The notes under the pieces: model-generated
Seen by the model: only the letters and a program-made list of their open reading frames with translations
Told to the model about the DNA's origin: nothing
The model's database searches: none
From: Piromyces finnis finn
Lineage: Eukaryota; Fungi; Neocallimastigomycota
Assembly (NCBI GenBank): GCA_002104945.1
Contig: MCFH01000021.1
Location: 620,001 to 684,000, forward strand
Direction of reading: 5' to 3'
DNA length: 64,000 nucleotides
Shown: positions 1 through 11,284 of the stretch, piece by piece
Position numbering within the stretch: the stretch's first letter is position 1
Layout of the letters: every line of letters begins with the position of its first letter
Position numbers and translations under genes: made by a program

Positions 1-3000
1 AAGTTTAAAATATAATTTCTCTACCTTTTATGGTATTTAAAAAGTGTCACTTTCTATATAAAATCAATTTTTTACATACTATGAGAAATGACTGCTTTGG
101 TGCTTACGAATTAAAAAAAAAAAAAAAACTCTTTGGAAGTTTTTTTTTTCCCATCAAATTATTTAAAAATTTAAACAGAAAATAAATTTATTTTTTTTAT
201 AAAGTTTAATTAGAATTATACAGAAAATTTATGGTGATAAAACACTGTGAAGAAATAATTTTATCCCACCAAAAAAATTTAAAATAGTAAAAGCACATGT
301 TTTGTATTGTGATCAAGAAAGTGCTATGATTGGGAAAGTTTCTTTTTTTATGGTAGAAATAAGCTTTAACTTTTTCATAAAGTAAAGTATAGGAAAGAAA
401 TTTAATAGGAAAAAAAGGAAACATATCCAATGATATGGATAAAAAAAAAAACATTTTATTTATGAACTATATATACATATGAAATAAATAATAAATTTAT
501 ATTGCGTTTTCTAACATTACATTTTAATACATTTATACCTTTTTTTTAATATGAAATGTAACATTATATGGCATCCAATATTTAAATTTATAAAAGATGC
601 TTATTAGGATGAATTAATGAATTAATATCAAAAGTATGGAAATGCAATGATAATTACAAACATTTACTCGAATTTTTAAGGTGCATCGATAGGGAAGGAT
701 AAAATGACTCTATCTAAATTACCAGAATATTTTTTTAGTATTCCAATATATGGCAAAGCAAATATCAAAGAAGGTCTTTTAAAGCATTATCTTTTTTTTT
801 TTTTTTGCATTTTCAGCGAAAATAGTCATTGGAGGTTTCTCTATCATCTTATACCTTTATTTTTTCATACTTTAAAAATGTAACACAAAAATTTATATTT
901 TATTTGACTATATATTTCAATATATTTGAAAATAAAAAAAGTGGTAGACCTCACTCATATAATATATTATTATATATATTATAGAAATCTTAACCATTTT
1001 TTTTATAATTTCAAATTCTATATATAGAATAGAAACATCTGGATATAATTCATACCCAATCATATAAAAATATAAAACTGTTTTATTGGTATGCTATTTA
1101 ATATATTATAGAATTTAAAATGATTGAAATATATATTACATTTATATTACAGAATATAATTTTTTGAATTATTATCATATAGTAATATATTATTATTGAA
1201 ATGTCAAATTTTTCTGTTTAAAATTTCAAAAATTCCTATGAATAGATTAATACAAAAATGTAATATATAGTTAATATATAGTTAATATATTATTTAAATA
1301 ATAATTATTAGTATTTAAAATTTCAGGAACTATTAAATATTAATTATTAAAGTTCAATATCTTTCACAATAATATTTATATATTAGAGCCATATATTATA
1401 TTTATCATCTATTTTTTTTTATCTTTTAATTATAAATTATAATTTAGTACATACGCCACATTCCAAGGTATGTGTCTAAGTAAAATAAATTAAAATTTTT
1501 AATTATAATTAAAAAAATGTGCCAATTTTTTTTTATTTAAAAGAAAAAAAATTAATAAAGAATATTATCCCTACTTCTTTTTTTTTCTTTATTGTTAAAG
1601 TTTTTTTTGAAAATAAAATAGTATACCTATGAAGGGTAATGTGATGGTATAAATTATAATTTTTTTGAAATTTCATCCTATAATATAATATGGAAATATA
1701 ATGAAACCTTTATATTAAAGGTTTTTTTTCCCTAAATTTTATTTTTATTCTATTTGATCTTTTTTTTTTTTAAATTTAATACTAAATTCTGATTCGTGGA
1801 AATTATACATAAGTTTATAATATATTAATTTTTTTAAAAAATTATAAAATAAATTTAGTATAAACAAATAACAAAAAAAAAAAGTATGCATTATACTAAA
1901 TTAAGAATATAAAGATATTATGATTTTTTACACCCAATACTCTAGATACAACAATTATATAAACTATAATACATTTAGAGTTTATTCGTAGTAATTAATG
2001 TTAAGCTTTTATAAATTTTGTTATACTACCTAAATCACCACCACCATCACCACCAATATAAATTGATAATTATTTTTAGGAACACAATAATGTTGAAATG
2101 AGGTGATTATTTAGAAATCGTTGATTTAATAAAAATTTAAATTAAAAATAATTATTTACCAATATATTTAAATATAAATTAAATTTATTTATATTGATAA
2201 TATATATAATATATAAATAACCTAAAATCTTAGGTTATTATTGAATTAGTTCTAGGTTTTTTAGAAAAAGCAATTCTTTAAAAATTAATGATATGTTAAT
2301 GTATGGTAATTTCTAGGTAAAAAATAAAACTTTAAATTGACATACATTAACTTTTTTTCTCTCTCTCATTCACAGTATTATTGATTTTAATAATTCCTTT
2401 TCTTTTTAACTAATTTTTATTTCTATATATGATTGACTATCTTTTATATTATAATTTTATCATATATAAATTTTTAAAAAAGAAAAAAATGGAAATTTAA
2501 ATATAATAAATAGAAAAAGTTTTTTTAATATATAATAGATATATTATTTTAAAGTTTATTATAAATCAAGTAAACATAAAGAATCAATATATTATTAATA
2601 TATCAAACCAATGTAAATTAAATAAACAAATATATTAAATTATAATATATTATTAACTTATAGTTCAATATAAAACAATATACGAAAAATTAAATATTTT
2701 TATTTTAATTTAAATATATTATATATTACTGTTATATATTAACTACTAAATATATTAAATAAATGTTAACAATAAAAAAAAAAAAAACTAATTTTAATTT
2801 AAAAATTGTTATTATTAAATAATAGATTATTTGTATATATTTAAAAAAAAGGTATATAAATTGAGGTATTTTCTTTTTTTTTTTTTATTTTTTTTAACTT
2901 ATTATAATTTTACTTTATTTTTATTAAAAAGTTATTAGTAAAGTTGTTTAAATAGATCTTATTTTATTATTAAAATTTAAACAAACTTTACTATTAAAGA

Positions 3001-3088
3001 AAGAAGATTTTTAAAACTTTAAAAAAAAAAGGAAGTTAATACAGAGAATAAAGTAATTTAAATTTTTTTATATAGATTTTAATTAAAT

Positions 3089-4905
3089 ATGAATAATAAT
3101 ACTGTGGATCGTAAAGAATCCCAAGAAACTTTGGGAGAATCAGTAGTCGTCGATATTACTGACAAAACAATTAATGAATTAAAAACCAAGAATTAGCCCT
3201 TAATGAAAAGGATATTGAAGTAAAAGATTTAAAGGAAGTTGACCAAAAAAAAATAAAGGATGAAAACGATGAAAAATATGTTACCTTTGAAATCACTGGT
3301 GGAAAATTATATGCTATTACTTTTGCTTTATGTATTGTATGTCTTTTAGCTAGTTTGGATATGACTGTCGTAGCCACTGCTTTACCAACTATCGCTAGAG
3401 AATTTGGTGATATTAGTGGTTATACCTGGGTTATTACTTCATATATGCTTTCAAGTACAGCATTCCAACCAATGTACGGTAAATTTGCAGATATTTTTGG
3501 ACGTAGAGTTATGATGATATTTGCTTTAGTTATATTTATTGCAAGTTCCATATTTTGTGGTATCTCCAAAAATATGGATATGTTAATCATCTTCCGTGGT
3601 ATTCAAGGTATTGGTGGTGGTGGTTTAATGTCACTTTGTATGATTATTATTGCTGATATTATTCCAATTCGTAAACGTGGTCAATACATGGGTATTCTTG
3701 GTGCTGTATTCTCTTTCTCAACTGTCATTGGTCCACTTGTTGGTGGTTTATTTACTGATAATATTTCATGGCGTTGGGCTTTCTACATCAATGTTCCATT
3801 AGCTGTTATTGCTTTTATTATTATCTTCTTATATGTCAAAATTCCAACTCCTTCTGATAATCTTCGTAAAAAGTTATTACGTGTCGATTATGCTGGTACC
3901 ATTGTTTTAATTTTAGGTGTAGTTGCATTATTATTAGCTTTAGAATGGGGAGGTGTTGACTATGAATGGTCTTCATGGCAAATTATCCTCTTATTCTGTT
4001 TATTTGCTTTATTATTAGTTGCTTTCATTACTATCGAAATCAAGTTTGCAAAGGAACCAATTATTCCACCAGCTATCTTTAAGGTTAGAAACATTAATTG
4101 TATGATTGTTGCCTGTACTTTAATTGGTTTTGCTTTTATGGGTGCTTGTACATACCTTCCACTTTACTTCCAAATGGTACGTGGAATGAAGGCAACAACT
4201 TCTGGTTTTATGATGACTCCAATGTCTATTATTGTCACTGTATTAAATATTTCTAGTGGTATTTATATTGGAAAGCACGGACATGTTAATATTCTTTTTA
4301 TTATTGGTTTTATCTTTTCTGCTGCTTCTGGATATGTTTACAGTCTTTTAGGTCTTCATACTTCTACAGTTATTCAATTATTAATTATTGGTTTTGGTGC
4401 CTTAGGATCTGGTTTAACTCGTCAAAACATGATTCTTGTTGCTCAAGATTCAGCTCCAAAAGCTCTTTTAGCTTCTACTACTGCTGTTATCTCCTTCTTC
4501 CAAGTTATTGGTGGTATTGTTGGTATCGCAATTTTCAACACTATATTAAATAATCGTGTTCCAAAAAAATTACATGAACTTGATCCAAAGATTAGTGTAG
4601 AATCTGTCAATATGAAACTTATTAATTCTTATGGTGAAAATGGTTTAAAAGCTTATAATGATGGTTTACGTACAAACTTCTTAATCATTATCCCATGCTC
4701 ACTTTTAGCTTTAGTTTCTGTCATGTTAACAAAGAATGTTAGATTAAACAAGAAACCACAAGAATCAAAGGAATCAGATAATAGTACTGTAATTGATGAA
4801 ACTTCTAACCCAGATATGAAGGAAATTGATGATAATACAACTGTTGCTGATGGATCAACTGTAGTTGACATTGGCAATCAAGATGGTGAAGATACAAAAC
4901 AATGA
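3089..4905 (+). CDS. MFS drug:H+ antiporter, DHA2 (14-TMS, EmrB/QacA-like) family; intronless; apparent 1-nt frameshift near 3181-3185
   Basis: ORF 3355-4905 has DHA2 motifs (LDMTVVATALPTI, YGKFADIFGRR, FRGIQGIGGGG, GPLVGG, WRWAFYINVP). The same frame stays open upstream to 3178 and includes TM1 (GKLYAITFALCIVCLLASL). ATG 3089 is one frame off; adding one A to the A5 run at 3181-3185 joins the two frames. Confidence 0.85.
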
Positions 4906-5444
4906 AGAGGGATGAAGGGATGATCATTGAAAATAGGTTTAATTCATGGGATATCTGTAGATTTTTATTTAACATTTTAATATTAACATTAAAATACTTT
5001 TTTTAATTATTTTATTTATTTAATATATTTATATTTTAATTAATTATTTATTATCCATATATTTAAATATTTATTAATATTGAATTAACGATTCTAATCA
5101 ATTTTTATTTAATTAATCCGTAATATAATCAAATTTTTATTTTTTTAATAAAACATTTAAGAAAAAAATAAAGCGACAATAATAAAAATATCAAAAAATA
5201 AAATATAAAGTGTATAAATATTTTATTACTTGTTTTTTATAGATTCCTTTTAAAAAATTATCATTATTTTAATTTCATTCATTTATAATTTATTTTATTT
5301 AATATATAAAATAAAATTATTATTGTAAATATAAAAACATTTTTTTATTGTTTATTAAAAGTAATTGAGAATATAATATTGAATATCTTATTAGAATATT
5401 ATTTTTTTTTTTGTTATATCAGTAGAGATGATAGTAATAATATT

Positions 5445-5525
5445 TTAATGCCTTTTGCTATTGGCCAGCAATGGTCAATATTCAAAAGGTTTGAAGCAAC
5501 ATCCAAGAGCGTCATTATTGAAGAA
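5445..5525 (+). mobile_element. Left part of an older 5'-truncated LINE copy (T) interrupted by later insertions; continues at 11262-11284 and 14176-14447
   Basis: Matches the LINE ORF C-terminus (MPFAIGQQWSIFKRFEATSKSV). The whole of T is bounded by a 17-bp direct repeat ATGATAGTAATAATATT at 5428-5444 and 14447-14463. Confidence 0.8.
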
Positions 5526-5820
5526 CCCTCTTGGGAACGTGCCTTCATTTATTTAATAAATGTAGTTTCTAAAGGGGGTCTACTCATGCTCATGGTACTG
5601 AGAGAGTAGAAAGAATTAAATCCAAGTATTGCGCAATGGATGCTTGGTGCCCTCTTAGGAATGTGCCTTCATTTATTTAATAAATGGAGTTTATCAAGGG
5701 GGTCTACTCATGCTCATGGTACTGAGAGAGTAGAAAGAATTAAATCCAAGCATTGCGCAATGGATGCTTGGTTAGTCTTTAAGGGAAAATTATTAGGACT
5801 AAGCTCATGGTACTGAGCGA
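5526..5820 (+). repeat. Two tandem 124-bp 5' UTR monomers plus a partial third hairpin (LINE copy A)
   Basis: CCCTCTT(G/A)GGAA starts at 5526 and 5650. GCTCATGGTACTGAG occurs three times, the last at 5803-5817. The same arrangement occurs in copies B and C. Confidence 0.9.
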
Positions 5821-6542
5821 TTAAAAAACATTTTATTCATCGAATTTAAGTATTTGATGAATAAGTTGAATGTTTGATACTCAGGTAAGTTTGTATAGTA
5901 TTTAATTAGAAGAGTAATACATTTTGTTGCTGTATTTTTTTCTTTTATTCATGTATTCATGTAGTACTACTCTTCTCTTGTAAGAATCTAATGTAGTCAA
6001 CTTTAGCATTTGCATTGTATTTTTATATTCATGTAGCTATTGTTGTATTGTTTCTTGTAAGAGACTGATTCACTCTACATCATGTAAAAATACTATTCAC
6101 AAGCTTTCTGGTGTCGACATTCTTGATTCAAATTTTTACAAATTTAAATATTTAATGAAAAGTAAAGTCAAACAATTTTAGTGTCAAAAAGCGAATCGAA
6201 TTTACTAACAACAAACCAAAACTAGAATTTTTAAAGAAAATTTACAACTAGAATTCAAAAAAAAAAAAAAGAAACTTTAAACAAAGCATCGTAACAATTT
6301 TTGTACTATCCAGTACTTTTAAGAAGAGAGAGAGAGACAGATTTTTTTCCATATACGTTATATTTGTAATTTTTATTAGTATTTATTTTATATTCAATAT
6401 TTTTTAATTAGAATTAATTATCATGTCAGTCCTTTATATTAAAGATTAGAATTATATCAGACGTGGTACCCGGTCTTTTGGTATCCCCTTAGATGATATT
6501 CGCTCCTTCTTTATCCGTGGTATTCGATCATGGTCAGTAAAT

Positions 6543-9500
6543 ATGCTATGGGAAAAACTCGAGGTTATTCTAGAAGATAAATTTAATTCAGTTATTAGTG
6601 TTAAATATTTTCAGACTTTCAATGATCACTTTTTCTTAGTCAAGGTTCATGGTTCATCAAAAGATTGTATTAAAATCTTACACATGTTAAAGAAGAAACT
6701 TTCAGTTACCTCAATTTCCTTTTCAGCTCGTAGTAGAAGGAATCACAAATACACTTTTTCCACTCTCAAACGTAAAATTTTAGTTTCTAATAAACATCAA
6801 CATTCTATTCAACAATCATTTCAACAATCAGTTCAACAATCTCATCAACAATCCGATCTTCAACAAGATCTTCAACAAGATCTTCAACAAGTTTCCCATC
6901 ATGAAAATATTCCAGATCTACAGCAAACACAATTTCAATCTCAACATTCAACAATTAATTCTAATAGTTCTATCAACTCTGATAACAGTTCAATAGTTGA
7001 TAGTTCTTCAGTTTCACAGCCATCTAGTAATAGTTCTACTTATTCCTCTGATGCATCATCCATTAATAACGATGACTTTAATAATAATAATAATAGCAAC
7101 GATTCTTCCTCATCCAACAAGCCTGATAACTTTTCTTTTTGTCTTAGTTGGAACACCAATGGGTGGAATCACGAAAAGAGAGATAGTATTAGCTATTTCA
7201 CAGCTATTTTCAAACCATTATTTTTATGTTTCCAAGAAACTGGTAATGGTTCTGGATCGAATACAGATTATCCTTGTCGTGTTACTTTGCGAAACTATAG
7301 ACACTTTTTCAAGAAAGCTGACGAATCAGTTCCTGGAATGAGAGGTTTATATTTAGGTTTTCACAATTCGTGTCAAGCCTCACTTGAAAACTTCTCTGGA
7401 AAGTATATTATTTCTATTTATACTTTTAGTCTCTGGAATAGATTCAAATGCTCGATTGGAAATGTTTATATGCCTCATAGTCATCACAACATCTATGTTG
7501 ATCATGCAAAGTTAGAAGTTCGCTTGTGGTTACAAACTCATTCATCCCATCCATCGATTCTTGTTGGTGATTTTAATATGTCTAAAGTAAAATTATCCAA
7601 CTGGTTATCAACTAATGGATTAGGAGATTGGGAAATTCTTCCGCTTAGAGGGTCTACTATCTCTTGGACTCGAGGTGATCAATCTTCCGACATTGACCAT
7701 GCTCTTATCAATTCGAAGATGAAAGATCTTATTCACTCAGGATCATTTATAAATAATTTTTATCCTGTATCAGACCATAAGCCACTTCTTATTAATGGTA
7801 AAATTATTCCTATGGAAGATTTTTCTAATGACTTTAATGTTCCTAAGAAAATTCTGAAATGGAATAGATTAAAATGTATTGAGGAAAAGGAATCTATTCT
7901 CAGTCATAATAAATTCCAAATACTTTCAGCAAAATTCAACGATCCTAATGTTTCTACAGATGAACTTTCCAAAGAGTTTACTTCAACTGCTTTTTCAATT
8001 GCAGACGAGCTCAGTATTACCTCAGCAAATAATGTTATAAAGTCTTCATTTCATATTTCACAACAAATTTTTAATCTTCAAAAAATCAAAATGAAGTTGT
8101 ATAAGAGATTTAAAAAAGAAAGAATTTATGATATAGATGAATTTATTAAAAGAATTAAAATCTACCGTAAGCTCATTGATTACATCCACAAAAGATGTAA
8201 TGAATTTAGGAAACAAGAATATCTTCATTGGATTAAAACAGGATGTGAGTATATGAAGAGTCATAATCCTAAGAAGGCCTGGAAATGGATCAAGAAAACT
8301 GCAAAAATTGGAAAAGATTCTTTCTTTATTGCTCAACCAATTAAAAATAAAAATGGAGAATTAGTTGTTGCTACGGAAGAACAACTAGATGTGTGGCATG
8401 ATCATTTCGAAAATCTTGCATCAGATCCAAGTGGTGTAAGTCTTGATTTGGAGCATTGGTATGAAGAACCAACGAATAAACGTTTTTCACTTCCTATGCT
8501 TGATGAGTGGGATATCAACCAAGATATTAGTATTGATGAAGTCAAGTCAGCTATCCTCTCTACTCCAAATTATAAAGCATCAGGTCCGGATGGTATTCCA
8601 ATTGAATTTTACAAAGCATTAATTCCATCAAGTAATGATTCTAATAATGCTACAGGTAATAATTCTTCTGGTAATACTACTTCAGATAATGATGCTCATG
8701 GTTTAAATTTTATTCTTAAATTATTTAACCGTATTTGGGATGGAGATTTCCCCAACTCATGGAATGAATCCAGTATTGTTTCTATTCCTAAGAAGGGAGA
8801 TTTGACAGATTGTGATAACTATCGAGGTATATCACTTATCAATAATGGTATTAAGTTGATCTCCAAAATTGTCACCACTAGAATCTCAGAATATGGTCTA
8901 AAGAATAATTTCATTAGACCTGAACAATTTGGTTTTCGAAAAAAGGAAGAAAGTATCAGTCTTTTCATTTCAATCCAAGAAATATGCCGTAGACGTCAAT
9001 TAGATAATAAAGAGACATATTTGGCCTTTTTAGATCTCAGGAAAGCATACGATTCAGTCCCAATCGGTAATATTCTCCATAAATTAGATTGTTTAGGAAT
9101 CCGAGGTAAGAGTTTACAATTTATCAAAAATTTATATTTAACATCTAAGGCTAATGTCAAATTAGATGGACAATTCTCGAAATCTTTTGATGTGAAGAAA
9201 GGAGTCCGTCAAGGTTGCCCACTTTCGCCTATTCTTTTTAATCTCTTTATTAATGATATATTTAAAGAGTGTGAAGATCTCGGAGTTAGTTTAGGTGACA
9301 CTCGATGCTGTGGTGGACTTTTTGCAGATGATATAGTTATTTGTGCTCCAACAAGAGGATGCTTAAAAAAGATGCTTAGAAGAGTTAATGAATGGGCCTT
9401 GTATAATGAAATGGAATTTGGTATCCAGAAATGTTCAACGATGGTGATTCGTCCTGAATCAATAGAAAATCAGAACAAGAGAGATCCAACATTTTACTTA

Positions 9501-10976
9501 GCAGGACAACCCATTCCAACTACTGACTGCTACACTTATCTTGGTGTTCCATTTGATAAGAATTTGTCCCTTAAACCAGTAATTAAAGTTCTTAATAACA
9601 AGGTTTTGAAAGAACTTTTCTCAGTCAGTAAATTCTTAAGAAATCCTAATATTCCTATTCCTTTCAAAAAACTAGTACTTAACTCTCAAGTGATTAGCAG
9701 AGTTTCATACTTTGCACCATTACTTGGATCCAACAAAGCTAGGTCTAGGATTGCTCAGAAGCATGTTAACAAAGGAATACGATGGGTTGCCGGAGTTCAT
9801 AAAGCCGTATCGTTTATATCTTTATACTCTATCTCAAAAGATTTGAATATTCCTCCATTGTCAGCCAAATGTGCGTTAGCTCAGGTTAGATGTTTTAACA
9901 AATGGAAAAACTCAAATTGTATTATCTCACACCTTGTCAATTACATTCCTAAATTTAGAAAATACACGTGGTGCAAATCAAGTAGGACACTTGAAAAAAA
10001 ACTAAAGAAGCATGGAGATGTTAAAGCAGTTAAAAACTTTTATTGGAAAGATCTCAAAGGGAATTCAATCAAAGCGCAATATTATGATGATAATAAATTT
10101 ATTGAAACTAAAGATTTTATTAAATTATGTTATGAGTACCCAGAGTTTGCCTATGGCTTCTACTGGCTATTGAAAGCAAGAAGCGGATATAAGTTGGATG
10201 CTAGAGTTGCCAAAGCTGCTAAATTTGTTGATCCAGTTTGTCCTAACTACTGTCCATGTTGCAAGTGTGGAGATCAAAGTATTAAACATTGGTTATTAGA
10301 TTGTCCAACATTTAGAGATATCCGTATTAAACATTATGATTCCATAGTCCAGCTATTAAATTTTTTCAGTCAACGTAATTCCAATAGTCCTATCAATAAT
10401 AATGAAATTGATAATGTCAGTAGAGATAGCAATAACAGTAATAGTAATAGTAACAATAATAATAATAACAATAGTAATAATAACAATAGTAATAATAACA
10501 ATAGTAGTAATAGTAATAATAGAAATAGTAATAATAACAATAGTAGTAATAGAAATAATAATATTAATAATGATAGCAATAGTGAAGATAATAATTCTAA
10601 TTTAGATAGTAATTTAGTTAATGATAGTAATAGTTCTAATAATCCGGTGAATATTAATGTGTATGATTATTCTAGTGTGTGCAGTAAAATATTTAAATTC
10701 CTTCTTGGGGGAAGAAGTTTTAACAATATTAATTACAATTCAAGGGAATGGAAAGAACTTTGTAAGCGTCAGATTCAATCTGGTACTAATGAAGGAGCAC
10801 CATTCTTGACGGTAACCGCGGAACTTCTAACCAAAATCATGCCTTTTGCTATTGGCCAGCAATGGTCAATGTTCAAAAGGTTTGAAGCAACATCCAAGAG
10901 CGTCAATGCTGAAGAAACAGTAAGACAGGCCAGGAGGGCCAGCGCAACCAATGGAGATCATAATTTTGTTCCATGA
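6543..10976 (+). CDS. LINE polyprotein, copy A: APE endonuclease, reverse transcriptase, CCHC knuckle; true start ATG 6423 is followed by TAG at codon 9
   Basis: APE motifs SWNTNG, FQET, NVYMP, GDFN, IDH, SDH. RT motifs GPDGIP, YRGISL, QFGFR, FLDLRKAYDSV, GVRQGCPLSP, FADD, YTYLG. CCHC motif CPCCKCGDQSIKHWLLDC. GAT TAG at 6444-6449 versus GAT AAG in copy C. Confidence 0.93.
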   Translation: MLWEKLEVILEDKFNSVISVKYFQTFNDHFFLVKVHGSSKDCIKILHMLKKKLSVTSISFSARSRRNHKYTFSTLKRKILVSNKHQHSIQQSFQQSVQQSHQQSDLQQDLQQDLQQVSHHENIPDLQQTQFQSQHSTINSNSSINSDNSSIVDSSSVSQPSSNSSTYSSDASSINNDDFNNNNNSNDSSSSNKPDNFSFCLSWNTNGWNHEKRDSISYFTAIFKPLFLCFQETGNGSGSNTDYPCRVTLRNYRHFFKKADESVPGMRGLYLGFHNSCQASLENFSGKYIISIYTFSLWNRFKCSIGNVYMPHSHHNIYVDHAKLEVRLWLQTHSSHPSILVGDFNMSKVKLSNWLSTNGLGDWEILPLRGSTISWTRGDQSSDIDHALINSKMKDLIHSGSFINNFYPVSDHKPLLINGKIIPMEDFSNDFNVPKKILKWNRLKCIEEKESILSHNKFQILSAKFNDPNVSTDELSKEFTSTAFSIADELSITSANNVIKSSFHISQQIFNLQKIKMKLYKRFKKERIYDIDEFIKRIKIYRKLIDYIHKRCNEFRKQEYLHWIKTGCEYMKSHNPKKAWKWIKKTAKIGKDSFFIAQPIKNKNGELVVATEEQLDVWHDHFENLASDPSGVSLDLEHWYEEPTNKRFSLPMLDEWDINQDISIDEVKSAILSTPNYKASGPDGIPIEFYKALIPSSNDSNNATGNNSSGNTTSDNDAHGLNFILKLFNRIWDGDFPNSWNESSIVSIPKKGDLTDCDNYRGISLINNGIKLISKIVTTRISEYGLKNNFIRPEQFGFRKKEESISLFISIQEICRRRQLDNKETYLAFLDLRKAYDSVPIGNILHKLDCLGIRGKSLQFIKNLYLTSKANVKLDGQFSKSFDVKKGVRQGCPLSPILFNLFINDIFKECEDLGVSLGDTRCCGGLFADDIVICAPTRGCLKKMLRRVNEWALYNEMEFGIQKCSTMVIRPESIENQNKRDPTFYLAGQPIPTTDCYTYLGVPFDKNLSLKPVIKVLNNKVLKELFSVSKFLRNPNIPIPFKKLVLNSQVISRVSYFAPLLGSNKARSRIAQKHVNKGIRWVAGVHKAVSFISLYSISKDLNIPPLSAKCALAQVRCFNKWKNSNCIISHLVNYIPKFRKYTWCKSSRTLEKKLKKHGDVKAVKNFYWKDLKGNSIKAQYYDDNKFIETKDFIKLCYEYPEFAYGFYWLLKARSGYKLDARVAKAAKFVDPVCPNYCPCCKCGDQSIKHWLLDCPTFRDIRIKHYDSIVQLLNFFSQRNSNSPINNNEIDNVSRDSNNSNSNSNNNNNNNSNNNNSNNNNSSNSNNRNSNNNNSSNRNNNINNDSNSEDNNSNLDSNLVNDSNSSNNPVNINVYDYSSVCSKIFKFLLGGRSFNNINYNSREWKELCKRQIQSGTNEGAPFLTVTAELLTKIMPFAIGQQWSMFKRFEATSKSVNAEETVRQARRASATNGDHNFVP

Positions 10977-11210
10977 CAAAATTTTGATCTTTGGCTCGGT
11001 GTCCCATTGGAAGTCAAATACAATTATTATACTTTAGTATGATAGTGGCTTTCTTACTTTAATTAAAATTACTAGAATACATTATACCCAATTTTTATTC
11101 ATTTGTGTTTATTTAAACATATTTTTTTTATTTTTATTTATTTTTAATTTTTTATTACATGTATTATAATTTTAATTAAATTAATAATAAAGTTTAAAAT
11201 ATTTGATGCC

Positions 11211-11252
<42 letters not shown>

Positions 11253-11284
11253 ATTGAAGAAACAATAAGACAGGCCAGGAGGGT

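Larger units (their letters stand above)
5526..11250 (+). mobile_element. Full-length non-LTR retrotransposon (LINE family 1), copy A
   Basis: 5' monomer repeats, long APE-RT ORF, 3' UTR ending TTTGATGCCGTT plus A37 (11214-11250). TSD ATTATTGAAGAA at 5514-5525 and 11250-11261. Confidence 0.95.

Noticed and set aside
206-454. 82-aa minus-strand ORF and nearby slightly GC-richer patches up to about 850
   Set aside because: No motif, no exon structure I could assemble, and no repeat match within the window.
5590-5615. CTGAGAGAGTAGAAA in the LINE monomer as a hammerhead ribozyme core
   Set aside because: It does not fit CUGANGA, there is no room for stem II, and I found no stem III with a UH cleavage site.
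5526-5650. LINE monomer as an HDV-like, twister, twister-sister, pistol or hatchet ribozyme
   Set aside because: Only short word matches (for example GCTCATGG, or antisense TCCCAAG and GAGGG). The helix order does not match these topologies, so it is kept as an unclassified structured RNA.
10370-10605. Poly-Leu and poly-Ile ORFs here and at 40206-40550, 51592-51783, 52029-52217
   Set aside because: Alternative frames of AAT/TTA microsatellites.
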